IMG/VR virus record: IMGVR_UViG_3300028591_000074
Coordinates: 32,001-96,000 of that record
Origin: a virus
Lineage: Duplodnaviria; Caudoviricetes
Length of the DNA stretch: 64,000 nt
Strand: one strand, 5' to 3'
Positions within the stretch are counted from its first letter, which is position 1; each line of letters starts with the position of its first letter. Under the pieces are notes generated by a model. The model was not told the DNA's origin. It ran no database searches and was given only the letters and a program-made list of their open reading frames with translations. A program made the translations under genes and the position numbers. This document shows positions 20,300 to 30,548 of the stretch, in pieces.

Positions 20300-21649
20300 T
20301 TAGAACTCAACTTCTTCATCATCAGAGAAGTCATCCAAAATTGCGGCATCTGAATCCATAGTGTGTGGTGTACCTACGGAAATGTTTGGCGCATTTACAC
20401 CTGCCATTGGATCTTCTGTGTCATCACCCGGAAGATACTGCATATTACCAGTGTTAATATCCCAAGCATAACTTACAATCGGTCTTTGGTTATTTGCCAT
20501 ACGTGCTTTTTCAAGTCGGATATCGATTACATGTTTATCAAAAATCTGACGAAGTGCAAATGCCTGAGTACAAATACGAGCAGGATGGTCTGATGATTCA
20601 ATGTTATACAGATTCGGGAATGGTTCACCCTTATCATCTTTACTCTCACGTGTTTCACGGTTTGCCTGTACTGCTACAACAACTGCACATCCATAAAGTT
20701 TACTTAATCTGAAAAGATCGGCACAAATGTTTTTGTATTTAATATGGTCTGGTTCATTCTTCCCACCACTTGCATCTGACATATAAGAAAGACCATCAAT
20801 GATAACAAGTTTGATTCCATATTTCCGAACAAATCCAGTAATACCTGGTACATCCACTACACCTTCAGACATATTAGCATCTTCCAAGATAAATGCAGGG
20901 GCAATATCTTCCGGCAATTTACGAATATATTCTTCGTATTGATCTGTATACTTTCCTTGAAAAAGTTGGCTATTTTGGAAATGTCCTCTCCATGTATCAA
21001 ATCTTGTAGCAAGATAAGATGCTTGCATCTCCGGCGAATAGTAAAGTACTGGGAAACCATTGGCTTGTGCCGATTCCATCATCTTTGTACATATCCATGA
21101 CTTACCAGATCCAGTTCTTGCCAAAATCAGTAACAATTCTTCCACAGTCGATAATCCACCGTACATAAGTTTATCAATCTGTGGAAATCCAGTTGGAATA
21201 CGTTGTTGCTTTGCATATTCCTGAACCTGTTTTGCTCTGGCAGGTGCATCATGAATAATATCAGTTGGTTTAGAATCGGATAAGTCATAAGCCTTATCAC
21301 ACTGCATAGAAAGATATTTCCATGCATCAGACACATCACCATCACCTAAATCTTTCAACTTATTAAAAGTTTCACGAAGGAGAATAGTTTTCTTGTTCTT
21401 CTTAATCTCACGTGCAAGGTATGTAAATGGCTCATCTACCCTAACTAAGTTTACATCTGGAAACTTTGCCAAAAATGTAAATGCATCCGGTACAGTTTTA
21501 TATTTAGCAAAATGATCCAGAATAAACTGAATAGGTTGCTTGTATATAGCATAGTATGATTGATCAAAGGAGCAAAGTTCATTTAATTCCTGTTCATCAT
21601 TACTAGTGAGTATTCTTGATATAACTTGAATTTCAATTGCTGAAGTCAA
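20300..21649 (-). CDS. dnaB: Replicative DNA helicase (DnaB-like)
   Basis: IPTGF, LARTGSGKS, SPEM, IIDGL, QANR. Confidence 0.9.
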   Translation of the reverse strand: MTSAIEIQVISRILTSNDEQELNELCSFDQSYYAIYKQPIQFILDHFAKYKTVPDAFTFLAKFPDVNLVRVDEPFTYLAREIKKNKKTILLRETFNKLKDLGDGDVSDAWKYLSMQCDKAYDLSDSKPTDIIHDAPARAKQVQEYAKQQRIPTGFPQIDKLMYGGLSTVEELLLILARTGSGKSWICTKMMESAQANGFPVLYYSPEMQASYLATRFDTWRGHFQNSQLFQGKYTDQYEEYIRKLPEDIAPAFILEDANMSEGVVDVPGITGFVRKYGIKLVIIDGLSYMSDASGGKNEPDHIKYKNICADLFRLSKLYGCAVVVAVQANRETRESKDDKGEPFPNLYNIESSDHPARICTQAFALRQIFDKHVIDIRLEKARMANNQRPIVSYAWDINTGNMQYLPGDDTEDPMAGVNAPNISVGTPHTMDSDAAILDDFSDDEEVEF

Positions 21650-22275
21650 ACATTACCACCACCTTCCCCCGGCTTGATAATGTTATTCTTCATCATATTG
21701 ACAAGCATATCGAAAAATAGACTCTTCTTTCCACTTACAAGAGAACCTATCTGTGGTGATACAAGTATAGTAACTAAATTATTTGCCTGTCTCTGTTGAA
21801 TCAGATTCAACATTGTCTGTGATTCAAAATCTTTGAAGTCTACATAATCAAAATTAGATATAATCAGAACCTTTGCGGTTTCTGACCAAATCTTCATGTA
21901 CTGATAGTTGTCTGTTTCTGGGCCAGTCCATGTTTTCTTTGTTTCATCTATGAACTTAGAATACTTTAAATTATAAACATTGCAATGTAGCCTACTGCCC
22001 TTCCAATATTTGCAGATGGAACAATATGTAAGTAAATCTGCACTCTGTATAGTTGTATCACTGGAAGATACATATACACCTAATTTGCTGGAACGATTTT
22101 CTGCAACGGATAAAACACGTAACATATTTTGCACTTTATCTTCAGATGCAGAAAATACAGGATTGTTGAAGTTCAGATTATTTCTTTCCAACAGATAGGA
22201 TGTTTCCACCAATACAGGACAAGATTTGTCGCAGAAGGCTTCAGTACAATGTGCAGTAAAAATACAATTATGCAT
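21646..22275 (-). CDS. DnaC/IstB-like helicase loader (degenerate ATPase)
   Basis: N-terminal Cys cluster, AAA-like core with eroded Walker motifs, coupled to dnaB. Confidence 0.5.
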   Translation of the reverse strand: MHNCIFTAHCTEAFCDKSCPVLVETSYLLERNNLNFNNPVFSASEDKVQNMLRVLSVAENRSSKLGVYVSSSDTTIQSADLLTYCSICKYWKGSRLHCNVYNLKYSKFIDETKKTWTGPETDNYQYMKIWSETAKVLIISNFDYVDFKDFESQTMLNLIQQRQANNLVTILVSPQIGSLVSGKKSLFFDMLVNMMKNNIIKPGEGGGNV

Positions 22276-23470
22276 CTTTCAGCCTCCTTAATATTGGATT
22301 TCTGGACATCTTATAATTTACTCTGGCAGTAACACATTTCTTAGCCATCTGTAAAATGTTATCGTATCCCATATTCATATAGTCCGTTGGTGAAGTAAAT
22401 AGTGTGAGAAATGGATCTAATGTGCCGTAAAGTTTATACTTATGATCAATACCATTAATGTCACGTTCGAGTAGATACCGCCTTACAACATATTCTTTCA
22501 CGTATTCCTTTGTATATGGAATTAGATTAGATTCCGGTAAGGTATTCCAAACTTCTGATACCTTATGAAGTTCTCCATCAATCTCTATAGTTGAATAAAA
22601 ACTATCTAAGTTTCCATCGACTTGTTTTAACAATCTAAATATGTGCGGATACTTCACAATATTATCCACAAGCTGTGCCTTTGTATATCCATCAATCGGT
22701 AAGATTATCCCAAGTTTCGGATCAAGTAACAAATCACCATATGGTTCATACATACAAGCAGCGCGAGTTCGAATCAAGCAATTTGGATATAATTTCCGTA
22801 AATCAGTATCTGACATTTTACTTACATCCGTAGTCATAGAAATTTCATTCTGCTTTGTAGGTATGATTGGGTAACTTGGATAGATTACATACGCAGTATC
22901 ATCAATTATACCGGATCTCCATGGATGTGATATGTCGAATCTAGGAACCACAGGTGGTTGTATGTATAAATCGCTTTTATCGGTTGGAACTACAGCTGGA
23001 TTCGATGTATGTTGTGTTGAACCTGCCATAGTTGGGTTAACTGCAAACTGACGAATCGGTGTTTGCACTGCAACCGGTGCAACATTAGATACATTAACTG
23101 TGGAATCAATCAATGTTTGAGATTCAGAATCTGAATCGGATGACTGTTCCGGAACATTGGACCAATCAATATCCCTTGTGGAAATATATAAATCACCCAA
23201 TGTTTCTTCTAGTTCATCATCATCAGTATGTCGATATGTATGTATCGGATCTGTTTCATCCCAACTGAATGGCATAGAATCTGATGACATATACATATAA
23301 GTAACACAGTTAATTGCATGAACTACCTGCAATTTTTCAGTATGTTTCCCAGTAAATGTTTCGAGAAATTGATCAATCAAAGCTGCATGTACAGTTGATA
23401 ACTTACCACGGATAGATGGGGGATATGGCAATTTTGTAGTCAGTTGTAAAAAGTCTATAGACTTACGCAT
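22268..23470 (-). CDS. Hypothetical protein
   Basis: 400 aa ORF in the replication operon. Confidence 0.75.
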   Translation of the reverse strand: MRKSIDFLQLTTKLPYPPSIRGKLSTVHAALIDQFLETFTGKHTEKLQVVHAINCVTYMYMSSDSMPFSWDETDPIHTYRHTDDDELEETLGDLYISTRDIDWSNVPEQSSDSDSESQTLIDSTVNVSNVAPVAVQTPIRQFAVNPTMAGSTQHTSNPAVVPTDKSDLYIQPPVVPRFDISHPWRSGIIDDTAYVIYPSYPIIPTKQNEISMTTDVSKMSDTDLRKLYPNCLIRTRAACMYEPYGDLLLDPKLGIILPIDGYTKAQLVDNIVKYPHIFRLLKQVDGNLDSFYSTIEIDGELHKVSEVWNTLPESNLIPYTKEYVKEYVVRRYLLERDINGIDHKYKLYGTLDPFLTLFTSPTDYMNMGYDNILQMAKKCVTARVNYKMSRNPILRRLKDA

Positions 23471-24362
23471 GTTTTCTCACCTCCCATCCAAGCGTTGTAA
23501 AAACTTCAGGATGACTAGCATAATCTGTGTATGAATCCAAAACAGATGGATTCAATTCACTACACAAATCATAGACTGCCCCTTCACTAAGAAATAAATC
23601 ATCTGATGTATGTGTACAGAGTTCAGACAACCCATTGTCCAAAAGAATATCCCAAAGTACTGCGGCTTCCATTGTCATATCATCTGCACACATATCACGT
23701 TCAAATTGATACAAATCATACGGAATCGAATACAAATTAGGTGAATCAGATTCCGCAAGTAACCCATCAACCCAAGATCTTACATTTTTATCCAAGTCAA
23801 GATAGGTATTATCCCGAATGGCTTTTCCATACATAAGAACAATATCACGCACCCATACAGGAAACTTCTTCATGTTGTAACGAAACCCAGAGGTTCGTAC
23901 TGTCTGTCTAAACCGTACATCAAACCAATACCAAAGAAACTTAGCACACCTACTAACGTAGTCATACTTAAAGTCAACTGTGGCAATAGATTGAAGTACA
24001 TCCGTATATTTACGAAGCGCACCCTTCTTTGAATTTGTGAAAGTATTGGATGTGGAATTGGAACTTGATGTAGATTCGGAAGATACTCCGGCAAAACTCC
24101 GCAACTGATCCAACTGTGCTTGCATACTCTGAATTGCATTTGCAATATTCGGCATAGGTTCAGAATTAAACTCCACAATATCTTCCGCAAGAGCTTCATC
24201 CTGAATTACACTGGATATTACAGTAACAACTTCCATACAAGTATCCGCAAGTTCTTTTAATCTGTCACGGGACTTTTGATACATCCTTGGCTTAGATTCA
24301 GCCAAATCTTGAGCGTAGGCAAGAAGTTTCTTGATACTCTTTTCAGCACTATTGATATCCAT
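23463..24362 (-). CDS. Hypothetical protein
   Basis: 299 aa, first gene of the replication operon, GGGGGAG SD. Confidence 0.75.
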   Translation of the reverse strand: MDINSAEKSIKKLLAYAQDLAESKPRMYQKSRDRLKELADTCMEVVTVISSVIQDEALAEDIVEFNSEPMPNIANAIQSMQAQLDQLRSFAGVSSESTSSSNSTSNTFTNSKKGALRKYTDVLQSIATVDFKYDYVSRCAKFLWYWFDVRFRQTVRTSGFRYNMKKFPVWVRDIVLMYGKAIRDNTYLDLDKNVRSWVDGLLAESDSPNLYSIPYDLYQFERDMCADDMTMEAAVLWDILLDNGLSELCTHTSDDLFLSEGAVYDLCSELNPSVLDSYTDYASHPEVFTTLGWEVRKHA

Positions 24363-24426
24363 GAAACTCTCCCCCTCTTAGCATCCCATAGTGTCATAAT
24401 CTGAAAATTATAACGATTTTAGATAC

Positions 24427-24592
24427 AAAAAGTGCGACGTTGAAGTGTGAGCATCCTCTTTCCCAGCCGAACCATTCTGACACCATTTACCGCGGTATGG
24501 TCGAAGTTTCGTAAAGCGGAACTGTGTGGGGTTGTGGGTGCGGCCACTTATCCACCAGATAATCACACTTCAACGCCGCACTCGTTGTGTAA
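24427..24592 (-). ncRNA. Candidate small structured RNA (about 160 nt)
   Basis: 20-bp inverted repeat 24431-24450 / 24563-24582 whose single mismatch is a G-U pair on the minus strand; followed by a U-run; TTGCAA-17-TATATT upstream. Confidence 0.5.
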
Positions 24593-24649
24593 TCTGAATA
24601 TATCATACTGATTTACAGATTGCAAGCAGCAATTTTAAAAAGTTTCGTG

Positions 24650-24940
24650 TGAAGGGAAGGGGGTAGGGGGTTAGGATGTTGTAATGAGTGCGGGGTAGTA
24701 GATTTTTATTTCCCTTAAATTTTCTATTTCTAAATCCACCAAATTTTATTTATTTTATTTAGGATTTTAATGTTTTATTAATATATTTTATTAATATATA
24801 GGGGCAGAAAATAAGCAAATCTGCAAAAATTCATCATACATTTTTGTAATATTACAATTTTGTATATTTATAATTTTAAATAAATATGTAGGATTTATAA
24901 TTGACATTTTATTCAATTTGGATTATAATGAATAAAATAA
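24650..24940. other. Putative replication origin / divergent control region
   Basis: G-tract cluster, then a very AT-rich stretch of about 230 bp, at the coding-strand switch next to the replication operon. Confidence 0.4.
24901..24929 (+). promoter_or_regulatory. Sigma-A consensus promoter
   Basis: TTGACA-N17-TATAAT. Confidence 0.75.
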
Positions 24941-25075
24941 ATGTCGGATATTTGCAAAAATGTATTTATTACTGAATCTCAGATAATTCTCTACAAGTTT
25001 AGAATGTGCATGATTATAAATATTTGTAAAAATGCAAATATTCATAAAATAAAAATAAGGAGAAGTACAAGTATT

Positions 25076-25648
25076 ATGGAAGAATGGAAACAGATTAAAG
25101 GTTTGCCAAGTTGCTATGAAATTTCATCTGCTGGCAATATCCGAATTGATTGGGTAGATCATTATGAACCTGTAGAAACTAAGGATATTAAAACAGGGAC
25201 TGTTGCCTATATACTTAGTAACACCTATAAAGTTCATAGACTTGTTGCAGAAGCGTTTCTACCTAACCCTGAGGATAAGAAAATGGTACGTCACAAAGAT
25301 GGTAATCTACATAATAATGATGTATCAAACTTAGAATGGGTAAATCGATCCGAGGAATCTAAACGAATGATTTCATCTGGGAAAGTAAAAGGCAAACGGA
25401 TATATTGTAAAGAAACAGATAAGCTATATGCCACATTAACTACTGCATCAGCATGTACAGGAGTTCCAATCTGCGCGATTGAATTTGGGATTGCAAACAA
25501 TCAGAAAATGTTTGGTTATGAATTTACGGAAGTATCCGGTGATGTAAATTTTGATGAAAATATAGCATTTTTATCTAAGTCAGATATTATCAACCTTGGA
25601 GTTAATTATACATCTACAGAGATTTTGCATAATATAGAAAGGATGTGA
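25076..25648 (+). CDS. NUMOD4-HNH homing endonuclease
   Basis: EEWKQIKG...YEISSAGNI; VHRLVAEAF...HKDGNLHNNDVSNLEW; start reassigned using AAGGAG SD. Confidence 0.88.
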   Translation: MEEWKQIKGLPSCYEISSAGNIRIDWVDHYEPVETKDIKTGTVAYILSNTYKVHRLVAEAFLPNPEDKKMVRHKDGNLHNNDVSNLEWVNRSEESKRMISSGKVKGKRIYCKETDKLYATLTTASACTGVPICAIEFGIANNQKMFGYEFTEVSGDVNFDENIAFLSKSDIINLGVNYTSTEILHNIERM

Positions 25649-25652
25649 TTTT

Positions 25653-26816
25653 ATGACTCAGACGTATCCCCCGTTACAGATACTCAATGGATTTAGTAAA
25701 TATGGTGGTGGATTTGAATCGTTTAAGAATCTATTTAACTTTATCAGTGGTGTAGAAAATATAACTCGCCAAGATGTTATAGATTTCTTCACAAATCCAG
25801 AGTTTTTATGCAATCCACCGGATCATTTGGTAAAAGTTAGTAAACCTCCGTTCTCCGCTATAGAGTCTATAATGATTAACAATGGCTATTCATTATTTAA
25901 GATAGCAGGATATCCGCAGAAAGTATTAGAAGCAGATGACTTTAGTGTATCTGCTGAGATGCGAGATTTGTTCTTTACATCTATCTTGTGGGAGGAATGG
26001 AGTTTTACAAAACAAGTATTCAAGCCAGATATGTATTTTGCAGACTCACTGATTCATACAAACAACTTGCAAATATCAAAACATATGATACAACATCTGC
26101 CATGTAATATATTTTACTTAGATTTATCTGACTGTCCACAATTTGGTGCTATTTGTGGTGTATTAGTGTATATAAACAGTAAAGATACAGAATGTAGAGT
26201 CACAATGTATCTTGTATCAAATACACTTGGATTATACTCATTCTATATATCAAGTAAATATGATGAACGAAATTTACTTCAGATAAATGCAGATTCTATC
26301 AAATCCGTTGGTGAAAATCAGTTTACTGGATATAATTTGGATTCTGTATTTTCTGATAAAAATTCTACATATGATATTCCAAAGAAACTATATACAATGT
26401 CACGTGCAGAAATCCACTTGTTTGTGCTTCAAATGATTAGTTATTTATCTATAGATGAACCACAGATTACAGAATCAGATCTTACTAAACGTACATATAG
26501 GCCGCGTGCAGCTAGTTCTCCTATCCGTAACAAGTGGTCAGAAGTTAAAATTGACGATGTTGGTGTTGTTTATGGCAAATCGTTTAGAAAACAATTGGAA
26601 GAAATCAAGAAAGATACTACAGAAGAATCTGATTCAGATACGGATGAATCTAAACAAAGGAAGAGAAGGAAGTCACCTGCTCCGCATTTCCGGTCAGCAC
26701 ATTGGTCTAAATATTGGGTTGGTAAGGGAAGAACTGACCTTAAGGTAAATTGGATCGAGCCGACATTTGTAGGCGCAAAGCAGAGTAAAAATGTAGTAAT
26801 ACACACCGTGGAATAG
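25653..26816 (+). CDS. AcrVA2/FinQ-like protein (putative)
   Basis: W...KQVFKPD...LI.T...I...MIQHLPCNIFYLD block and C-terminal SPAPHFRSAHWSKYWVG...WIEPTFV motif resembling PHxRRAHWH. Confidence 0.55.
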   Translation: MTQTYPPLQILNGFSKYGGGFESFKNLFNFISGVENITRQDVIDFFTNPEFLCNPPDHLVKVSKPPFSAIESIMINNGYSLFKIAGYPQKVLEADDFSVSAEMRDLFFTSILWEEWSFTKQVFKPDMYFADSLIHTNNLQISKHMIQHLPCNIFYLDLSDCPQFGAICGVLVYINSKDTECRVTMYLVSNTLGLYSFYISSKYDERNLLQINADSIKSVGENQFTGYNLDSVFSDKNSTYDIPKKLYTMSRAEIHLFVLQMISYLSIDEPQITESDLTKRTYRPRAASSPIRNKWSEVKIDDVGVVYGKSFRKQLEEIKKDTTEESDSDTDESKQRKRRKSPAPHFRSAHWSKYWVGKGRTDLKVNWIEPTFVGAKQSKNVVIHTVE

Positions 26817-26843
26817 GATTTTCAAAAAATTTCAAATTAACTA

Positions 26844-26893
26844 TTGACACAAATAGTATCTTGTACTATACTGACAGTAGTACAAGATACTAT
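26844..26893 (+). promoter_or_regulatory. NAD operon promoter with two tandem NrtR operators
   Basis: TTGACA(26844)-N17-TATACT(26867); palindromes ATAGT-N7-ACTAT at 26853-26869 and GTAGT-N7-ACTAT at 26877-26893 fit the NrtR GT-N7-AC box. Confidence 0.8.
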
Positions 26894-26915
26894 TTTTAAG
26901 TTAAGGAGCAGTCAA

Positions 26916-27674
26916 ATGAATAATTACAAGTATTCTTCGGAAGAAGAAAAGCATTATCTTGAATCTTATGATGTGTCACAATATGAAAGACCATCTGTAA
27001 CAACAGATATTGTTATCTTCACCCTGGATAAAGATGATGATCTAAATATTCTACTGATAAAACGTGGATGTCACCCATATAAAAATCATTGGGCGATACC
27101 GGGTGGATTTCTAGAGGTGGGTAAGGAATCGTTGGATGATGCAGCTGCACGGGAACTGAAAGAGGAAACAAACATTGATAATGTATACCTAAAGCAATTA
27201 TATACATTTGGTGAACCAAATCGTGATCCAAGAACTACTGTAGTTTCTGTAGCATACACAGCATTAGTTCCAAAAGAATCATTAAATGTAAAGGCAGGAG
27301 ATGATGCGGAAGATGCACAACTGTTTAAGATTAAATATGATGTAAATGGAATTATCTTCTGCAATGATTCAATCAATATCACAGAAAATGATCTCGCATT
27401 TGACCATAATGAAATTATCCGAACCGCTATCACAAGACTCAGAAACCGTATTGATTATGAGGATGATGCGTTCAACCTACTTAAAGATAAAAGTTCATTC
27501 ACCATATCAGAACTCAAGCGGATTTATGATTCAATCAAGAATACTACATTAGATCTACCGAATTTCAGAAAGATGTTTTTAAGAGAATATGTTAAAACAA
27601 AAAAAGTAGTTGAATTAGATAAGACTATACTATCAAGAGGTTTACCTACTAAAACATACAAGTATGAGGGTTGA
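26916..27674 (+). CDS. nrtR: NrtR-family Nudix transcriptional regulator
   Basis: YERPSVTTDIVIF, WAIPGGF...ARELKEET, LKQLYTFG..NRDPR, LAFDH, and a C-terminal wHTH (FTISEL...NFRK). Confidence 0.9.
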   Translation: MNNYKYSSEEEKHYLESYDVSQYERPSVTTDIVIFTLDKDDDLNILLIKRGCHPYKNHWAIPGGFLEVGKESLDDAAARELKEETNIDNVYLKQLYTFGEPNRDPRTTVVSVAYTALVPKESLNVKAGDDAEDAQLFKIKYDVNGIIFCNDSINITENDLAFDHNEIIRTAITRLRNRIDYEDDAFNLLKDKSSFTISELKRIYDSIKNTTLDLPNFRKMFLREYVKTKKVVELDKTILSRGLPTKTYKYEG

Positions 27675-27677
27675 ATT

Positions 27678-28205
27678 ATGAATGCATTAAATGAAAAAAC
27701 AGCTAAAACAGAAAAGGTCATACATATTATGGTTACTTCATTATGTAATAGGAATTGTAAACATTGTTGTAATAAGCAATATAGTTTAAATGATATTCCC
27801 TATGTAACAGATGAAGAACTTAAAAATGCACATACAATTTGTTTGACAGGTGGGGAACCATTTTTATATGCTGAACCTGCTTCTATTGCTGAATATTACA
27901 AAAGACATTATAAAAATGTCAAAAATATTTATGTATATACTAATGCAAAGGAATTAGCTGATTATTTGAAGAATGATCATTTGATGAATTATATTGATGG
28001 TGTCAATGTTTCTATCAAAACAAAGGCAGATTTAATTGCATTTGATAATATAGTAAAGGATGAACAAATCAATAGAATGACAAGTAATTTGTTATATGTA
28101 TTCAATGATTTACTGCCAGAAAATAAGGGTAATTTTACAGTAGTTAATAGAGAATGGCAAAAGGATTTTAAACCTGCTGATGATAGTATTTTTAGAAGAA
28201 TTTAA
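27678..28205 (+). CDS. Small radical SAM protein
   Basis: CNRNCKHC (CxxxCxxC), LTGGEP, YTN. Confidence 0.85.
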   Translation: MNALNEKTAKTEKVIHIMVTSLCNRNCKHCCNKQYSLNDIPYVTDEELKNAHTICLTGGEPFLYAEPASIAEYYKRHYKNVKNIYVYTNAKELADYLKNDHLMNYIDGVNVSIKTKADLIAFDNIVKDEQINRMTSNLLYVFNDLLPENKGNFTVVNREWQKDFKPADDSIFRRI

Positions 28206-28207
28206 AG

Positions 28208-28702
28208 GTGGTGATATTATTGATTGTAGGATTTTATGGCGGTAAGTTTTTACCAATGCACAAAGGACATCTATATTGCATTGATACCGCTGCTAGACAA
28301 TGTGATCATGTAGTAGTCATCATGTTTATCAATGGGGATGATGAACTTAGGATCATGAAAACAAATCACAGTGAAGAACTTAGTATAGAATCACGGACAA
28401 AACAGGTACAAAGAGTTTGTACACTTTACAACAATGTAGAGTTCCATATTGTAGATGTTATGGATCTAAAGAATCCTGATGGCACAGAAGATTGGGATGC
28501 GGAAACCCCATTAGTTAGAAAATATGTACCTAAAATGGACTATGTATTTTCAAGTGAACCACAATATGGCGAATACTTCAAAAGGGCGTATCCAGAAGCA
28601 ACCCATATAATTGTGGATGCAGAAAGAAAAACATATCCAATCAGTAGCACGATGATTAGAGCGATGAAATTAGTAAAGGAGAAAGAATTATGGATGGTAT
28701 GA
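28208..28702 (+). CDS. NadR-type NMN adenylyltransferase domain protein
   Basis: GGKFLPMHKGH, FSSEPQYG, PISSTMIR; no kinase domain. Confidence 0.85.
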   Translation: MVILLIVGFYGGKFLPMHKGHLYCIDTAARQCDHVVVIMFINGDDELRIMKTNHSEELSIESRTKQVQRVCTLYNNVEFHIVDVMDLKNPDGTEDWDAETPLVRKYVPKMDYVFSSEPQYGEYFKRAYPEATHIIVDAERKTYPISSTMIRAMKLVKEKELWMV

Positions 28703-29490
28703 TGAAAACGATGAATGATGTTGTAGTTACTGAAGAACCGAGTTTTATCGGAAAGATTGGAAAAGCATTTAAAAGTCTGAAGTGGTATGAAATTCTAATG
28801 TGCATAGTGATGCTTGGAATCTCCATCTACTATGCGATTCAACCTCAGGAAGGAACCCCACAATGGCTTGCAATTATCAATTTCATTTCCGGTCTTTGCG
28901 GAATTATCTGTGTATTCTTTTGTGCAAAGGCAAACCGAATGAACTTCCCATTTGCAGTAATCAATACAACTGTGTTTATGATTTATCTTGCATACTTTGG
29001 TATTTGGGCAACCTTTTGGCTGGAAGCAATTGTATATTTCCCAATGAATATAATTTCTTGGGTGAACTGGTACAAGCACAAAGATGAGGAAGATAAACTT
29101 CTGGCGAAATCTAAGAAACTTACCATAGTGCAAAATATACTTGTTACACTAATTATTGTTGCAGTAACAGTATTCGTACACTTTGTACTTCAGTTTCTTG
29201 CTGGAGATACTTGGATGAAGTTTGCAACACAGTTTGGCTGGAATGTAGAAGTTATGAAGTGGCTTGATTCTGCAATCTTCGCAATCGGTGTTGTAGCGGT
29301 AGTTCTTGAAGCACTCAGATACAAAGAACAGTATGTATGGTGGATCATTACAGATGTAATTGCAGTAGCACAGTATGCTATCAAAAAAGATCCTGTATAT
29401 GTAACTAAAAAGGGAATCTATCTGATTGAAGCCGTTATTGGTATCAAGAATTGGCACAAGCTGTCTAAAAAGAATGAAACTAATGAATAA
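28690..29490 (+). CDS. pnuC: Nicotinamide riboside transporter PnuC
   Basis: Multi-TM membrane protein; WLDS...EQYVWWIITDV motif. Confidence 0.88.
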   Translation: MDGMMKTMNDVVVTEEPSFIGKIGKAFKSLKWYEILMCIVMLGISIYYAIQPQEGTPQWLAIINFISGLCGIICVFFCAKANRMNFPFAVINTTVFMIYLAYFGIWATFWLEAIVYFPMNIISWVNWYKHKDEEDKLLAKSKKLTIVQNILVTLIIVAVTVFVHFVLQFLAGDTWMKFATQFGWNVEVMKWLDSAIFAIGVVAVVLEALRYKEQYVWWIITDVIAVAQYAIKKDPVYVTKKGIYLIEAVIGIKNWHKLSKKNETNE

Positions 29491-29503
29491 GGAATCTTAG
29501 AAT

Positions 29504-30031
29504 ATGGCTAACTTCTATTTAATATGTGGCATTAGTGGCGGTGGTAAAACTGTATTAAGCCATAAAATAAATGAACTAAATCCAAATATAAAAATATATG
29601 ATGTGGATGAATATTATGCAAAAATAAATGGAGATGAATGTATCCACGAAAACTTCTTTGACGTATGGATAACATTGTGGAGAGATTTGCATAATAGTGA
29701 ATTGAATGGTGAAGATGTGCTACTTACGACTAATGCACTTATAGTTAGTCAAAGACGACAATTTATTGAATGGTTTCCGACATTTAATCATCATTTGGTT
29801 TGGGTGACTGCCCCAAAGGAAAAGTGTTTTGAGGGTAATAGAAATCGTAAAAGGAAAGTGCCGGAAGAAAAACTTATTAAGGATTGGGAACAAATGGAAT
29901 TCCCAAATGCACATGAATCTGGATGGGATACAATATGTCAGATTACAAATTGTTGGGATGGTGAAAACTACATCATCTTTAATCTAAAAGGTAATATAGA
30001 AGATTTAATTAAAATACATAAAGGAGTGTGA
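29504..30031 (+). CDS. P-loop kinase (AAA_33-like), candidate ribosylnicotinamide kinase
   Basis: YLICGISGGGKT, RNRKRKVPEE lid; located in the NAD operon. Confidence 0.7.
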   Translation: MANFYLICGISGGGKTVLSHKINELNPNIKIYDVDEYYAKINGDECIHENFFDVWITLWRDLHNSELNGEDVLLTTNALIVSQRRQFIEWFPTFNHHLVWVTAPKEKCFEGNRNRKRKVPEEKLIKDWEQMEFPNAHESGWDTICQITNCWDGENYIIFNLKGNIEDLIKIHKGV

Positions 30032-30035
30032 TTTT

Positions 30036-30548
30036 ATGAAGAAATTGCTGATTGTAGTAGATATGCAGAATGATTTTATTGATGGAGTGCTTGGTACACC
30101 GGAAGCACAGAAGATTGTACCAGAGGTTGATAAATATATTAAGATTTTTAATGGTGACGTAGTATTTACACAAGATACACATTTTGATGATTATATGACT
30201 ACACAAGAGGGTAAAAATCTTCCTGTAAAACATTGTATTAAAGGTTCTGATGGTTGGAAGATTACTGATAAGATTTATATGCCTGTTGATAGTGAAGTAT
30301 TTGAAAAATACACCTTTGGAAGTACAGATTTGGGTAATTTTATCAAACTGAATACTAACTATTATGATGAGGTATATATTTGTGGAGTATGCACTGATAT
30401 TTGTGTAATTAGTAATGCTTTATTGATTAAATCATTTTGCCCCGAAATGCCGATTAAAGTTATTGAAAGATTATGCGCAGGTGTTACTGTGGAATCTCAC
30501 AATAATGCTATTAATGCTATGAAAATGTGTCAAATTGAAGTGATATGA
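30036..30548 (+). CDS. pncA: Nicotinamidase (isochorismatase family)
   Basis: VVDMQNDF, TQDTH, HC, FEK, GVCTDICV. Confidence 0.9.
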   Translation: MKKLLIVVDMQNDFIDGVLGTPEAQKIVPEVDKYIKIFNGDVVFTQDTHFDDYMTTQEGKNLPVKHCIKGSDGWKITDKIYMPVDSEVFEKYTFGSTDLGNFIKLNTNYYDEVYICGVCTDICVISNALLIKSFCPEMPIKVIERLCAGVTVESHNNAINAMKMCQIEVI

